Source: Candidatus Methylomirabilia bacterium
GTDB lineage: Bacteria; Methylomirabilota; Methylomirabilia; Rokubacteriales; CSP1-6
Assembly (NCBI GenBank): GCA_041497895.1
Contig: JBGQHJ010000016.1
Coordinates: 1-53,466 of the forward strand
Direction of reading: 5' to 3'
Length of the DNA: 53,466 bases
Shown here: positions 10,397 to 19,146 of the stretch, one piece after another
Position numbering within the stretch: the first letter of the stretch is position 1
Layout: each line of letters starts with the position of its first letter
Made by a program: the position numbers and the translations under genes
The notes under the pieces: generated by a model
The model's input: the letters and a program-made list of their open reading frames with translations, nothing else
What the model was told of the DNA's origin: nothing
Database searches by the model: none

Positions 10397-11449
10397 ATGA
10401 CGCTCCCGCGCTTCGGCCTCAACCGGTTCGACTCGCGCTCGGTCGACGCCTTCGCGGCGGACGTGCGCCGGGCGGAGCAGCTCGGCTGGGACGCGGCGCT
10501 GCAGCCGGACTCGCAGCTGCGCCGGCGCGACACCTACGTGCTGCTCGCCGCGGCGGCGCGGGTCACCGAGCGCATCGCCCTCGGGCCGCTCCTGGCCAAC
10601 CCGGTCAACCGGCACCCCACCGTCACCGCGTCGTCGATCGCGACCGTGGACGAGCTGGCCCCGGGGCGCGTGCTGCTGGGCTGGGGCGTGGGCGACACCG
10701 CGGTGCGCCTGGCCGGGCTCAAGCCCGCGCGGGTCAAGGAGCTGGAGGCGAGCACGCGGCTCATGCGGGCCCTGCTCGACGGGGAGGCGGTGGAGGTGGG
10801 CGCGGCGCGGCCGGCGCGGCTGCCGCATCACCGGCCGGTGCCGATCTGGATCGCGGCGGGCGGCCCCCGGACCTTGCGCATGGCCGGCGGGGCGGCGGAT
10901 GGCGTGTTCATCCGGGTGGGCACGCATCCGGCCAACATCGCCACCGCGGTGAACGCCATCCGGGCCGGCGCCGCCGAGGTCGGACGCGACCCGGCGTCGG
11001 TGCGCCTCGGCGCGGTGTTCCACACCGTGCTGGTGGACGAGCCGGAGCGCGCGCTGACCATGGCCCGATCGATGGCGGCGGGCTACTACGAGTACTCGCC
11101 CGCGCTCTTCGACCCGCCCGGCCTGGCCTGGACCGGGCCCGACCCGGAGAGCCTCAAGCGCGCGCGCTCGGTCTGGCCCGACTTCCACCACGCGCCGGAT
11201 CTCGAGGCGAGCGGGCGTGCGGTGGACTTCCTCCCGGTGAGCGCGGCCGACGCCTTCAGCCTGCGCGGGGCGCCGTCAGAGGTCGCGCGGCAGCTGGTGG
11301 CCGCGCTGCGCGGCGCGCCCGCACCGTTCGACTACGTCGTGCTCCACCCGATCCCCGACCCGAAGTGGCCCGCGGACCCCGAGCGCGACTACACCGCCCG
11401 GGTCGCCCGCGAGGTCCTCCCGGCCGTCCGCCGCGCCCTCAGCACGTAA
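10397..11449 (+). CDS. LLM-class flavin-dependent oxidoreductase
   Basis: AEQLGWD, NPVNRHP, GRVLLGWGVG, PIWIAAGGPR, ADG; starts 8 nt after the selenoprotein stop. Confidence 0.88.
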   Translation: MTLPRFGLNRFDSRSVDAFAADVRRAEQLGWDAALQPDSQLRRRDTYVLLAAAARVTERIALGPLLANPVNRHPTVTASSIATVDELAPGRVLLGWGVGDTAVRLAGLKPARVKELEASTRLMRALLDGEAVEVGAARPARLPHHRPVPIWIAAGGPRTLRMAGGAADGVFIRVGTHPANIATAVNAIRAGAAEVGRDPASVRLGAVFHTVLVDEPERALTMARSMAAGYYEYSPALFDPPGLAWTGPDPESLKRARSVWPDFHHAPDLEASGRAVDFLPVSAADAFSLRGAPSEVARQLVAALRGAPAPFDYVVLHPIPDPKWPADPERDYTARVAREVLPAVRRALST

Positions 11450-11465
11450 CCGGCTGGCGGCCGAC

Positions 11466-12341
11466 TCAGCCGAGATGTTTGTGGACGAACTCGATGATGC
11501 GGGAGATCGTGCGCTCCACGGCGGGTGAGGCGGGCTTCCGGCCGATGTAGCCCTCGGCCTCGCCGGCGAGCAGCTCCAGGTCGAGCGAGCCGCCAGCCTT
11601 GCGGTAGCCGGCGACGAATCGGTCCAGATCCGGCCGGGGGTGGGCCATGTCGCGATCCCCCTGGACGTAGAGCACGGGCGGCGGCTCCACCGGCTCACCC
11701 CGCTCGAGCGCAAGGGTGGGGTTGCCCTCCGCCATCGCCTCCTCGGTGATCCAGTACTGATCGTGGCCGGGAAGCACCCGGTCGACGACCTCCGGGTACG
11801 GCGCCCCGCCGGCCTTGAGCTTCTTGGCGTATCGGTACCGCCCGAGCGGATCGATGACCGGCCAGCAGAGCACCGCACAGCGCACGGAGCCGTCCACCGC
11901 GGCGGATCCGCCGGGCAAGGGGAGCGCCGCGTACTTCGGATCGCGGGGCTTCATCGCGAGCAGCATCGCCTGGTGCGCCCCGCTCGAGGCGCCCATGATC
12001 CCGACCAGGTCCGGGCGGCTGCGCAGCGCGGTCGCGCGGCCCTTGAGCCAGCGGATGCCGTAGCTGACGTCGACGAGCGAGCCGGGGTAGGACGCGTCGG
12101 GCGGCATGCGGAAGTCGAGCGCGGCCACCACCACGCCGCTCCGGGCGAGCGGCTCGTTCATGATCGCGTCGTTCGTCCGATCACCCCGACACCAGGCCCC
12201 GCCGTGCAGGTCCACGATCATCGGGAAGGGCCCGTCGCCGCGCGGGGTGTACAGGCGCGCCAGCAGCGGGCGGTCGCCGTGACGGAGGTATTCCACGTCC
12301 TGGACGTCGATGTCGTGGGTCGCGCTCGCCTGAGTCGTCAT
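11466..12341 (-). CDS. HSL-like alpha/beta hydrolase (esterase)
   Basis: HGGAW oxyanion motif, GASSG elbow, GGAGG RBS. Confidence 0.88.
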   Translation of the reverse strand: MTTQASATHDIDVQDVEYLRHGDRPLLARLYTPRGDGPFPMIVDLHGGAWCRGDRTNDAIMNEPLARSGVVVAALDFRMPPDASYPGSLVDVSYGIRWLKGRATALRSRPDLVGIMGASSGAHQAMLLAMKPRDPKYAALPLPGGSAAVDGSVRCAVLCWPVIDPLGRYRYAKKLKAGGAPYPEVVDRVLPGHDQYWITEEAMAEGNPTLALERGEPVEPPPVLYVQGDRDMAHPRPDLDRFVAGYRKAGGSLDLELLAGEAEGYIGRKPASPAVERTISRIIEFVHKHLG

Positions 12342-12534
12342 GGTCGCCTCCTGGGAGGGTCAGCGTCGGCGGGTATGATACACCCGTCCGGAGGGCCGGA
12401 GGGCCCGGCGCGCGTCCCACCCGGCGTCCCCGAACGGCATACTGCCGCAAATGCTCGGCGAGTTGCCACCCGACCGACCTCAGCGTGCATGAGTGATGAC
12501 TGCATGTGGATGGCCGAGCGGGGAGGGAGGGAGC

Positions 12535-12682
12535 GGGCGGGGGTGGCAGGGTGGGCGGCCGGGTGACCCGTTCCCCGCCGCGGATTGCCTACACCAACGA
12601 ACTCCCAGATTGGGAACTGCTCACGCGAAGTGGAGAAGAAACCGGTCGTGGTCAGAGGCGGCCCACCCTGCCACCCCCGCCC
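12535..12682. repeat. 22-bp perfect inverted repeat closing a rod-like structure (candidate ncRNA or MITE-like element)
   Basis: 12535-12556 GGGCGGGGGTGGCAGGGTGGGC is the exact reverse complement of 12661-12682; additional internal helices. Confidence 0.8.
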
Positions 12683-12690
12683 CGCGCCCG

Positions 12691-13137
12691 CTACTTCTCG
12701 AAGAGCGTGCGGTACTTCGCGTACCCCTCTGCCTCGAGCTTGGCGACGGGGATGAAGCGGAGCGAGGCCGAGTTGATGCAGTAGCGCATCCCGGTCGGGC
12801 GCGGGCCGTCCGGGAAGAGATGGCCGAGGTGCGAGTCGCCCTCCGCGGAGCGCACCTCGACCCGGCGCATGCCGTACGACTCGTCGGTGTTCTCGGTGAC
12901 GTTCGCGGGCTCGATCGGCCGGAGGAAGCTCGGCCAGCCGGTGCCGGAGTCGAACTTGTCGGTCGAGGAGAAGAGCGGCTCGCCCGACACCACGTCCACG
13001 TAGATGCCGGGCTCGTGGTGGTCCCAGAACTCGTTCCGGAACGGCGGCTCGGTGGCGCTGCACTGGGTGACGTTGTATTGTTCCGGCGTCAGGCGGCTCT
13101 TGAGGTCCGTGTCGGCGGCGCGCTTGTCGGTAGCCAT
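12691..13137 (-). CDS. msrB: peptide-methionine (R)-S-oxide reductase
   Basis: [32 protein letters not shown] and RYCINS motifs. Confidence 0.97.
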   Translation of the reverse strand: MATDKRAADTDLKSRLTPEQYNVTQCSATEPPFRNEFWDHHEPGIYVDVVSGEPLFSSTDKFDSGTGWPSFLRPIEPANVTENTDESYGMRRVEVRSAEGDSHLGHLFPDGPRPTGMRYCINSASLRFIPVAKLEAEGYAKYRTLFEK

Positions 13138-13170
13138 GGTGGCAGTGAGTATACCCCTGCGAGGCAAGTC

Positions 13171-14058
13171 ATGAGCGACGAGATCAGCATCCAGTTCACC
13201 CGCTTCTCCGCCTTCTACTCCCCGCTGATCGCCACCATCGCGGGCGGCTTCCTGACCGAGGAGGGGCTCACGCCCCGGCATTCGGTGGCGCCGGCGGGCA
13301 AGTCGGCCATCGAGGGCGTGGTGGCCGGCACCGTGCATGTCTGCCAGTCCGCGCCGTCCCAGGGCTTCGGGCCGCTCGAGAAGGGCCAGGCCCCGCCCGC
13401 GGTGCACTTCGCGCAGATCAACGAGATGGACGGCTTCTTCCTCACCGGCCGTGCGGCCGAGCCCGGTTTCACCTGGGATCGCTTGAAGGGCAGGCGCGTG
13501 CTGGTGGACCATGGCGGCCAGCCGCTCGCGATGTTCAAGTACGCCTGCCACAAGCGCGGGCTCGACTACGCGGCGATCCAGGCGGTGAACGTGCCGAGCG
13601 GCGAGATGGACGGGGCCTTTCGCAAGGGCGAGGGCGACTATATTCACCAGCAGGGACCGGCGCCGCAGCAGCTCGAGCACGACCGGGTCGGCCATGTGGT
13701 GGCCTCGGTGGGGCAGGCCATCGGTCCGTGCGCCTTCTCGAGCCTCGCCGCCACCCGGGCCTGGCTCGGTACCGACATGGCCCGGCGCTTCATGCGCGCC
13801 TACCGCAAGGCGCGGCAGTGGCTGCTGGCCACCCCGGCGGCCCGCGTCGCGGAGACGGAGGCCTCGTTCTTCCCCGAGATCGATCGGGCGGTGCTCACGT
13901 CCACCATCGCCTACTACCAGAAGCTGGGCTGCTGGACGCCGCACGTGGAGATCACGCGGCCGGCGTTCGAGGTGGCCCTCGACGTGTTCCAGCACTCGGG
14001 CCTGATCACCAAGCGCCACCGCTACGAGGACGTGATCGCGCCGCCTCCCACCGGGTAG
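13171..14058 (+). CDS. NMT1-like substrate-binding-fold protein with no obvious signal peptide
   Basis: [21 protein letters not shown]; periplasmic-binding-protein type II pattern. Confidence 0.75.
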   Translation: MSDEISIQFTRFSAFYSPLIATIAGGFLTEEGLTPRHSVAPAGKSAIEGVVAGTVHVCQSAPSQGFGPLEKGQAPPAVHFAQINEMDGFFLTGRAAEPGFTWDRLKGRRVLVDHGGQPLAMFKYACHKRGLDYAAIQAVNVPSGEMDGAFRKGEGDYIHQQGPAPQQLEHDRVGHVVASVGQAIGPCAFSSLAATRAWLGTDMARRFMRAYRKARQWLLATPAARVAETEASFFPEIDRAVLTSTIAYYQKLGCWTPHVEITRPAFEVALDVFQHSGLITKRHRYEDVIAPPPTG

Positions 14059-14068
14059 GCCATTCCGA

Positions 14069-14139
14069 GCGCGGGCTCCGCCCGCGCAATCCGGGTGTTC
14101 CGGGGGGAGGTTCGGAAGGGGGGCGAAGCCCCCCTCCGA
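14069..14139. repeat. double hairpin between convergent genes (REP-like or bidirectional terminator)
   Basis: GCGCGGGC-TCC-GCCCGCGC (14069-14087) and TCGGA(A)GGGGGGC-GAA-GCCCCCCTCCGA (14112-14139). Confidence 0.6.
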
Positions 14140-14140
14140 G

Positions 14141-15379
14141 CTAAGTCCCGGTCGGGAGCTGCTCGAAGGGCAGGTCGCGGTCCACGCGCACGTCCTGGGG
14201 CAGGCCGAGCACGCGCTCCGCGATGATGTTACGCAGGATCTCGTCGGTGCCGGCCGCGATACGCCCGCCCGGCGAGGTCAGCAGCGACTCCTGGAAGGCG
14301 GCGCGCAGCGGGGCCACCTCTTTGTCCATCACGACGCCGCCCATGTCGAGGAGGTCCATCGCGAACGAGGCGATCTCCTGGGCCTTGGGCGCGTTGACCA
14401 GCTTGCCGATGGAGTTCTCCGGCCCCGGGGTCTCGCCGCGGGAGAGCGCGGTCATGGTGCGGAAGCGGGTGAGCCGTACGCCCTGGGTCTTCACGTAGAG
14501 GTCGGCCAGCCGCTCGCGCACCGCCGCGTTGGCGATGGCGAGGCCGTCCTCGAGCATGGTGGCGCGGGCGAGGCCGAAGATCTCCTCGAAGTCGGGTCCG
14601 CGCAGGTCGCCGGAGGTGAGGCGCTCGTTCATGAGCGTGGTGATGGCCACGCCCCAGCCCGCCCCGACCGCGCCGAGGCGCTGGCTGTCCGGGATGCGCA
14701 TATCGGTGAAGTAGACCTCGTTGAAGTGCGACGCGCCCGAGATCTGCTTGATGCGGCGGGTCTCGATGCCGGGCGACTTCATGTCGAGGAAGAAGAAGGT
14801 GAGCCCCTTGTGCTTGGCCGCCTTCGGATCGCTGCGCGCGACCAGGATGGCCCGATCGGCCCAGTGGGCGCCGGAGGTCCAGATCTTCTGACCGTTGATC
14901 ACCCAGTCGTCGCCGTCGCGCTGGGCCCGCGTGCGCAGGCCGGCCAGGTCGGAGCCCGCGCCCGGCTCGGAGAAGAGCTGGCACCACACCTCGTCCCCGC
15001 GCAGGGCCGCGGGCGCGAAGCGTCGCTTCTGGGCCTCGGTGCCGTAGGCGAAGAGCGTGGGCATGCACATGCCGAGGCCGATCTCGAAGTAACCGCGCGG
15101 CACCAGGAACTTCGACTCCTCCTGGGCGTAGATCACCTGGTAGATCGGCGGCAGCGCGCGCCCGCCCCACTCGGCGGGCCAGTGGAGCGCGGCGAAGCCG
15201 GCCTCCGCCTTCTTCGACTGGAAGGCCTTGGCGCGCTCGAGCCCGTCCCAGCCCTCGCGGCCCGGATACCGGCTCTGCCAGGTCTCGAACGCGCCGCGCT
15301 TGGGCTCGGCGTGGGCGCCGAGCCACTGGCGCGCCTCGCTCCGGAACGCCGCTTCCTCTCGCGTGTCGTCGAAGTCCAC
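14141..15379 (-). CDS. acyl-CoA dehydrogenase (catalytic-type subunit of a two-gene pair)
   Basis: [29 protein letters not shown] and [11 protein letters not shown] motifs. Confidence 0.93.
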   Translation of the reverse strand: MDFDDTREEAAFRSEARQWLGAHAEPKRGAFETWQSRYPGREGWDGLERAKAFQSKKAEAGFAALHWPAEWGGRALPPIYQVIYAQEESKFLVPRGYFEIGLGMCMPTLFAYGTEAQKRRFAPAALRGDEVWCQLFSEPGAGSDLAGLRTRAQRDGDDWVINGQKIWTSGAHWADRAILVARSDPKAAKHKGLTFFFLDMKSPGIETRRIKQISGASHFNEVYFTDMRIPDSQRLGAVGAGWGVAITTLMNERLTSGDLRGPDFEEIFGLARATMLEDGLAIANAAVRERLADLYVKTQGVRLTRFRTMTALSRGETPGPENSIGKLVNAPKAQEIASFAMDLLDMGGVVMDKEVAPLRAAFQESLLTSPGGRIAAGTDEILRNIIAERVLGLPQDVRVDRDLPFEQLPTGT

Positions 15380-15388
15380 CGTGGTCTC

Positions 15389-16501
15389 CTAGGCGGCGCC
15401 CGCCTCGAGGCGGGTCACCAGCAGATCCTTCCAGCGACGGGCGCTGCCGAGCATGAGGCCGGTGAGCTTGGCGCGCCGGTAGTGGAGGTGGCAATCGAAC
15501 TCCCAGGTGAAGCCCATGCCGCCGTGGATCTGGATGTTCTCCTTGGCGGCCTGGTAGTAGGCCTCGCTCGCGGCGACGCGCGCCGCGGCGGCGGCCACCG
15601 GGAGTTCGGGCCCGTCCTTGGTGAGCGCCCACGCGCCGTAGTAGGCGTTCGACCGCGCCAGCTCCACGCCCACGTACATGTCGGCGAGCTTGTGCTTGAT
15701 CGCCTGGAACGAGGCGATCTGCCGCCCGAACGCGAAGCGGCCGAGCGCGTACTCGCGCGCCATCTCGAGCGCGGCCTGCGCGCCCCCGAGCTGCTCGAAG
15801 GCGACCAGCACCGCGGCGCGGTCGAGGAGCCGCTCGGTGAGCGGCCAGCCCTCGCCCGGCGCGCCGAGTGGCTCGCCGGGCGCGCCGTCGAGCACGATGC
15901 GGGCGTGGGACCGCGTCGGGTCCACGGTCGCGAGGGAGGCGCGCGTGAGGCCCGGCCCCTTCAGGTCGACCAGGAAGAGCCCGGCGCGACCGTCGCCCTG
16001 CGCGGCCAGCACCACCGCAAAATCCGCGACGTCGCCGTCGGCCACCGGCACCTTCGTGCCGGTCAGGCGCGCGCCCTCGGCGCGGGTGGCGAGATTGGCG
16101 GGCGTCGCCACCTGGGGGCCCTCGGCCAGCGCGAGGCAGCCGATGGCCTCGCCTTGCGCGATGCGGGGCAGCCACCGCTTCTTCTGCGCGTCGCTGCCCG
16201 CCAGCAGCAGCGCCTCGGCGGCCAGGTAGATCGTCGACGCGAACGGGGTGGGGGCGAGGCTGCGGCCGAGCTCCTCGGCGATGACGCATAGCTCGAGGTG
16301 GCCGCAGCCGGCGCCGCCGTGGGTCTCGGGGATCGCGGTGCCCATCCAGCCCATCTCGCCCATGCCGCGCCACAGCTCCGCGTCGTAGGGCGCGGCCCCG
16401 TCGAGGATGCGGCGGACGCGGGTGGAGGAGGAGTGCTCGGCGAGGAACTTCCGCGCTTGGTCGCGCAGGGCCTTCTGGTCGGCCGAGAAGTCGAAGTTCA
16501 C
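15389..16501 (-). CDS. acyl-CoA dehydrogenase (partner subunit)
   Basis: NFDFSADQ N-terminus, FGRQIASFQAIKH, QIHGGMGFTWE; GTG start at 16501 inferred. Confidence 0.92.
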   Translation of the reverse strand: MNFDFSADQKALRDQARKFLAEHSSSTRVRRILDGAAPYDAELWRGMGEMGWMGTAIPETHGGAGCGHLELCVIAEELGRSLAPTPFASTIYLAAEALLLAGSDAQKKRWLPRIAQGEAIGCLALAEGPQVATPANLATRAEGARLTGTKVPVADGDVADFAVVLAAQGDGRAGLFLVDLKGPGLTRASLATVDPTRSHARIVLDGAPGEPLGAPGEGWPLTERLLDRAAVLVAFEQLGGAQAALEMAREYALGRFAFGRQIASFQAIKHKLADMYVGVELARSNAYYGAWALTKDGPELPVAAAAARVAASEAYYQAAKENIQIHGGMGFTWEFDCHLHYRRAKLTGLMLGSARRWKDLLVTRLEAGAA

Positions 16502-16572
16502 GGCGGGGGGATCATACGGCATCCGCACGCGGGACGCCAGCCGGGCGGGGTCGGAGGAGTCCGCGAGACTGG

Positions 16573-16626
16573 CCCCTCAATAAGCGGACCCCTCACCCTG
16601 CCCTCTCCCCAGGGGGAGAGGGAGAG
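16573..16626. repeat. REP-like palindromic element, copy 1
   Basis: CCCCTCACC-CTG-CCCTCTCCCC-AG-GGGGAGAGGG-AGAG; inverted near-copy at 32435-32473. Confidence 0.75.
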
Positions 16627-16642
16627 CCAACGGAGGCGAGCC

Positions 16643-17737
16643 ATGCGGGCGACGGCGGCGGTGCTCTACGAGGTGAAGAAGCCGGTGGTCGTGGAGGACG
16701 TGGAGGTGCTGGAGCCCGGCCCCCACGAGATAGCGATGCGCTGGGCCGCCAACGGAATCTGCCACAGCGATCTGCACATGGTCACCGGCGACTACCCGCA
16801 TCCGCTGCCGGTGATCCTCGGGCACGAGGCGGCCGGGGTGGTGGAGAAGGTCGGGCCCGGCGTGGAGACCGTGAAGCCGGGCGACCACGTGTGCTCGAGC
16901 TATATCCCGTCCTGTGGGCGGTGCTCCTACTGCATCGGCGGCCAGCCCACCATGTGCGCGCTCCGCGACAAGCCGCGCTGGTTCATGCACGACGGCACGA
17001 GCCGCTTCCTGCGCAACGGCCAGCCGCTCCATCATTTCCTTCAGGTCGCGGGCTACGCGACCCACGCGGTGCTGCCCGAGCAGAGCGTGATCCCGATCCG
17101 GGCCGACGCCCCGCTCGACGTGGTCTGCCTGGTGAGCTGCGGCGTGCTGGCCGGCGCCGGGCCCGTGTTCAACCGGGCCAAGGTGCCGCCGGGAGCCAGC
17201 GTGGCGGTGTGGGGCGCGGGCGGGGTCGGGCTCAACACGATCCAGGCGGCCCGGCTGATCGGCGCGGGAAAGATCATCGCGGTGGACGTGATGCGCCAGA
17301 AGCTCGCCTGGGCCGAGGAGTTCGGCGCGACCCACGTGGTCGACGCGAGCCGGGAGGATCCGGTCGCCGCGGTCCAGCGCCTGAGCGGCACCGGCGGCGT
17401 CGACTTCGCGTTCGAGGTGGTGGGGACCCAGAAGACGATCGAGCAGGCGCTGCTCGCCACCCATCGCGGCGGTACCTGCGTGGTGGTGGGCGTCTCGCCC
17501 GCGGGGACGCGCCTGTCGATCGACCCGTCGCTGTTCCTGCAGCAGCGCGTTCTGACCGGCACCTCGTTCGGCGGCGGGCGCCAGCGGACCGACGTGCCGA
17601 TGCTGATCGACCTCTACATGGACGGCAAGTACAAGCTCGACGAGCTGATCAGCCGGCGGCTACCGCTCTCCCAGCTGAACGAGGGCTTCGACCTGATGCT
17701 GCTGGGCGAGGTGAAGCGGAGCGTGATCGACTACTAG
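16643..17737 (+). CDS. Zn-dependent alcohol dehydrogenase (class III-like)
   Basis: GICHSD, GHEAAG, structural Zn Cys cluster, GAGGVG; GGAGG RBS. Confidence 0.93.
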   Translation: MRATAAVLYEVKKPVVVEDVEVLEPGPHEIAMRWAANGICHSDLHMVTGDYPHPLPVILGHEAAGVVEKVGPGVETVKPGDHVCSSYIPSCGRCSYCIGGQPTMCALRDKPRWFMHDGTSRFLRNGQPLHHFLQVAGYATHAVLPEQSVIPIRADAPLDVVCLVSCGVLAGAGPVFNRAKVPPGASVAVWGAGGVGLNTIQAARLIGAGKIIAVDVMRQKLAWAEEFGATHVVDASREDPVAAVQRLSGTGGVDFAFEVVGTQKTIEQALLATHRGGTCVVVGVSPAGTRLSIDPSLFLQQRVLTGTSFGGGRQRTDVPMLIDLYMDGKYKLDELISRRLPLSQLNEGFDLMLLGEVKRSVIDY

Positions 17738-19146
17738 CGGGGGTCGATCGGCGTCGGCATCGGCGCGGCGGCTTCCACCGCGGCGGCCGCGTCGAGGCAG
17801 AGATCCTCGCGGTGGCGACCCGCGGTGATCTGCACGCCGGTCGGCAGGCCGTCGACCACCCCGGTCGGCACCGAGATCGAGGGCAGCCCCAGCACCGGCA
17901 CCGCGAGCTGCATGATCTGGGCGTCCATGAGCCGGCGCGTGGTCTCGGCGTCCACCAGGTCCACGCCGACCGGGAACGGTGGCTCGTTGGACACCGGTGT
18001 CACCACCAGCGGGCGCTCGAGGAGGAACAGCTCCCACAGGCGGAGCAGCCGCTCACGCTCGGTGAGCGCGGCGAGCACGAGGCGCGGATCGCGGGCGGGG
18101 TAGACCGCGCGCCAGAAGCCGAGCGCCCGCTTGATCCCCTCGTCGCCATACTGCTGCACCGCCGGCTCCAGCGCGGCGATCGCGTCGTCCATCGCGATCG
18201 CGGCCCAGAGATCGGCGACCGCGCCCAGCTCCGGCGGCGCGATCTCCTCGACCGCGTAGCCGGCCGCCTCGAGCGCGCGGCCGGCGCGGCGGACCGAGTC
18301 GGCCACGACCGGCGCCACCCCGCCGCGCGCCGCGGGATCGAGCACCAGGGCCACCCGGATGGGCCGCGTGGGCGCCGGACCCTCGAGCGGCAGGTCCACG
18401 CACCGCGGGTCGTGGGGATCGGGCACCGCCATCGCGGCGAAGGCGGCCCGCGCATCCCGCACCCGGCGGGTGAGCGGGCCCTGCACCGCCATGAGCTGGG
18501 CCGAGATCGGGCGCGGAGAGGCGGCGGCGGTGAAGTTGTAGGCCGGCACGCGGCCGTAGCCGACGCGGAGGCCCACCAGGCCGCAGCAGTACGCCGGATA
18601 GCGCACCGAGCCCGCGATGTCGTTGCCGTGGGCGATCGCGCCGATGCCGGCCGCGGTGGCGGCGGCGGCGCCCCCGCTCGACCCGCCGGGCGTGCGCCCC
18701 GCGTCCCACGGATTGCGGGTCGCGCCGTGCAGCGCGTTGTCGGTGAACCAGCGCATCGAGAAGGCCGGAGTGTTGGTGCGCCCGATCACGATGCCGCCGG
18801 CGCGGCGGAGATTGGCGACCACCGGGTTGTCGCGGGTCGCCACCAGGCCCTTGAACGCGACCACGCCGTTGTCGGTCGGCTGCCCGGCCATGTCCACGTT
18901 GACCTTGATCGTGATCGGCACGCCGTGGAGCGGCCCCACCGGGCCGCCGCGCGCGAGGACCTGGTCGGCCGCGGTGGCCTCGGCCAGCGCCTGCTCGTGG
19001 AGCGGGCGCACCACCGCGTTGATCGCGGGGTTGACCGCGTCCAGGCGCGCCAGCGCGGCCTCGATCGCCTCCCGGCACGAGGCCTGGCGCCGGCGGATCA
19101 GGGCCGTGAGCTCGACCGCGTCGAGCCGCCAGAGCTCGGTGGCTAT
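17734..19146 (-). CDS. amidase-signature family amidase, probable ATA start codon
   Basis: GPLHGVPITIK, PGGSSGG, GNDIAGSVRYPA; frame reads (I/M)ATELWRLDA with GAGGT upstream. Confidence 0.9.
   Translation of the reverse strand: MATELWRLDAVELTALIRRRQASCREAIEAALARLDAVNPAINAVVRPLHEQALAEATAADQVLARGGPVGPLHGVPITIKVNVDMAGQPTDNGVVAFKGLVATRDNPVVANLRRAGGIVIGRTNTPAFSMRWFTDNALHGATRNPWDAGRTPGGSSGGAAAATAAGIGAIAHGNDIAGSVRYPAYCCGLVGLRVGYGRVPAYNFTAAASPRPISAQLMAVQGPLTRRVRDARAAFAAMAVPDPHDPRCVDLPLEGPAPTRPIRVALVLDPAARGGVAPVVADSVRRAGRALEAAGYAVEEIAPPELGAVADLWAAIAMDDAIAALEPAVQQYGDEGIKRALGFWRAVYPARDPRLVLAALTERERLLRLWELFLLERPLVVTPVSNEPPFPVGVDLVDAETTRRLMDAQIMQLAVPVLGLPSISVPTGVVDGLPTGVQITAGRHREDLCLDAAAAVEAAAPMPTPIDPR

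Noticed and set aside
12535..12682. Retron msr-msd or autonomous IS interpretation of the inverted repeat
   Set aside because: No reverse transcriptase or transposase in the window and no target-site duplication
12691..13137. Selenocysteine form of MsrB
   Set aside because: The catalytic codon is TGC (RYCINS)
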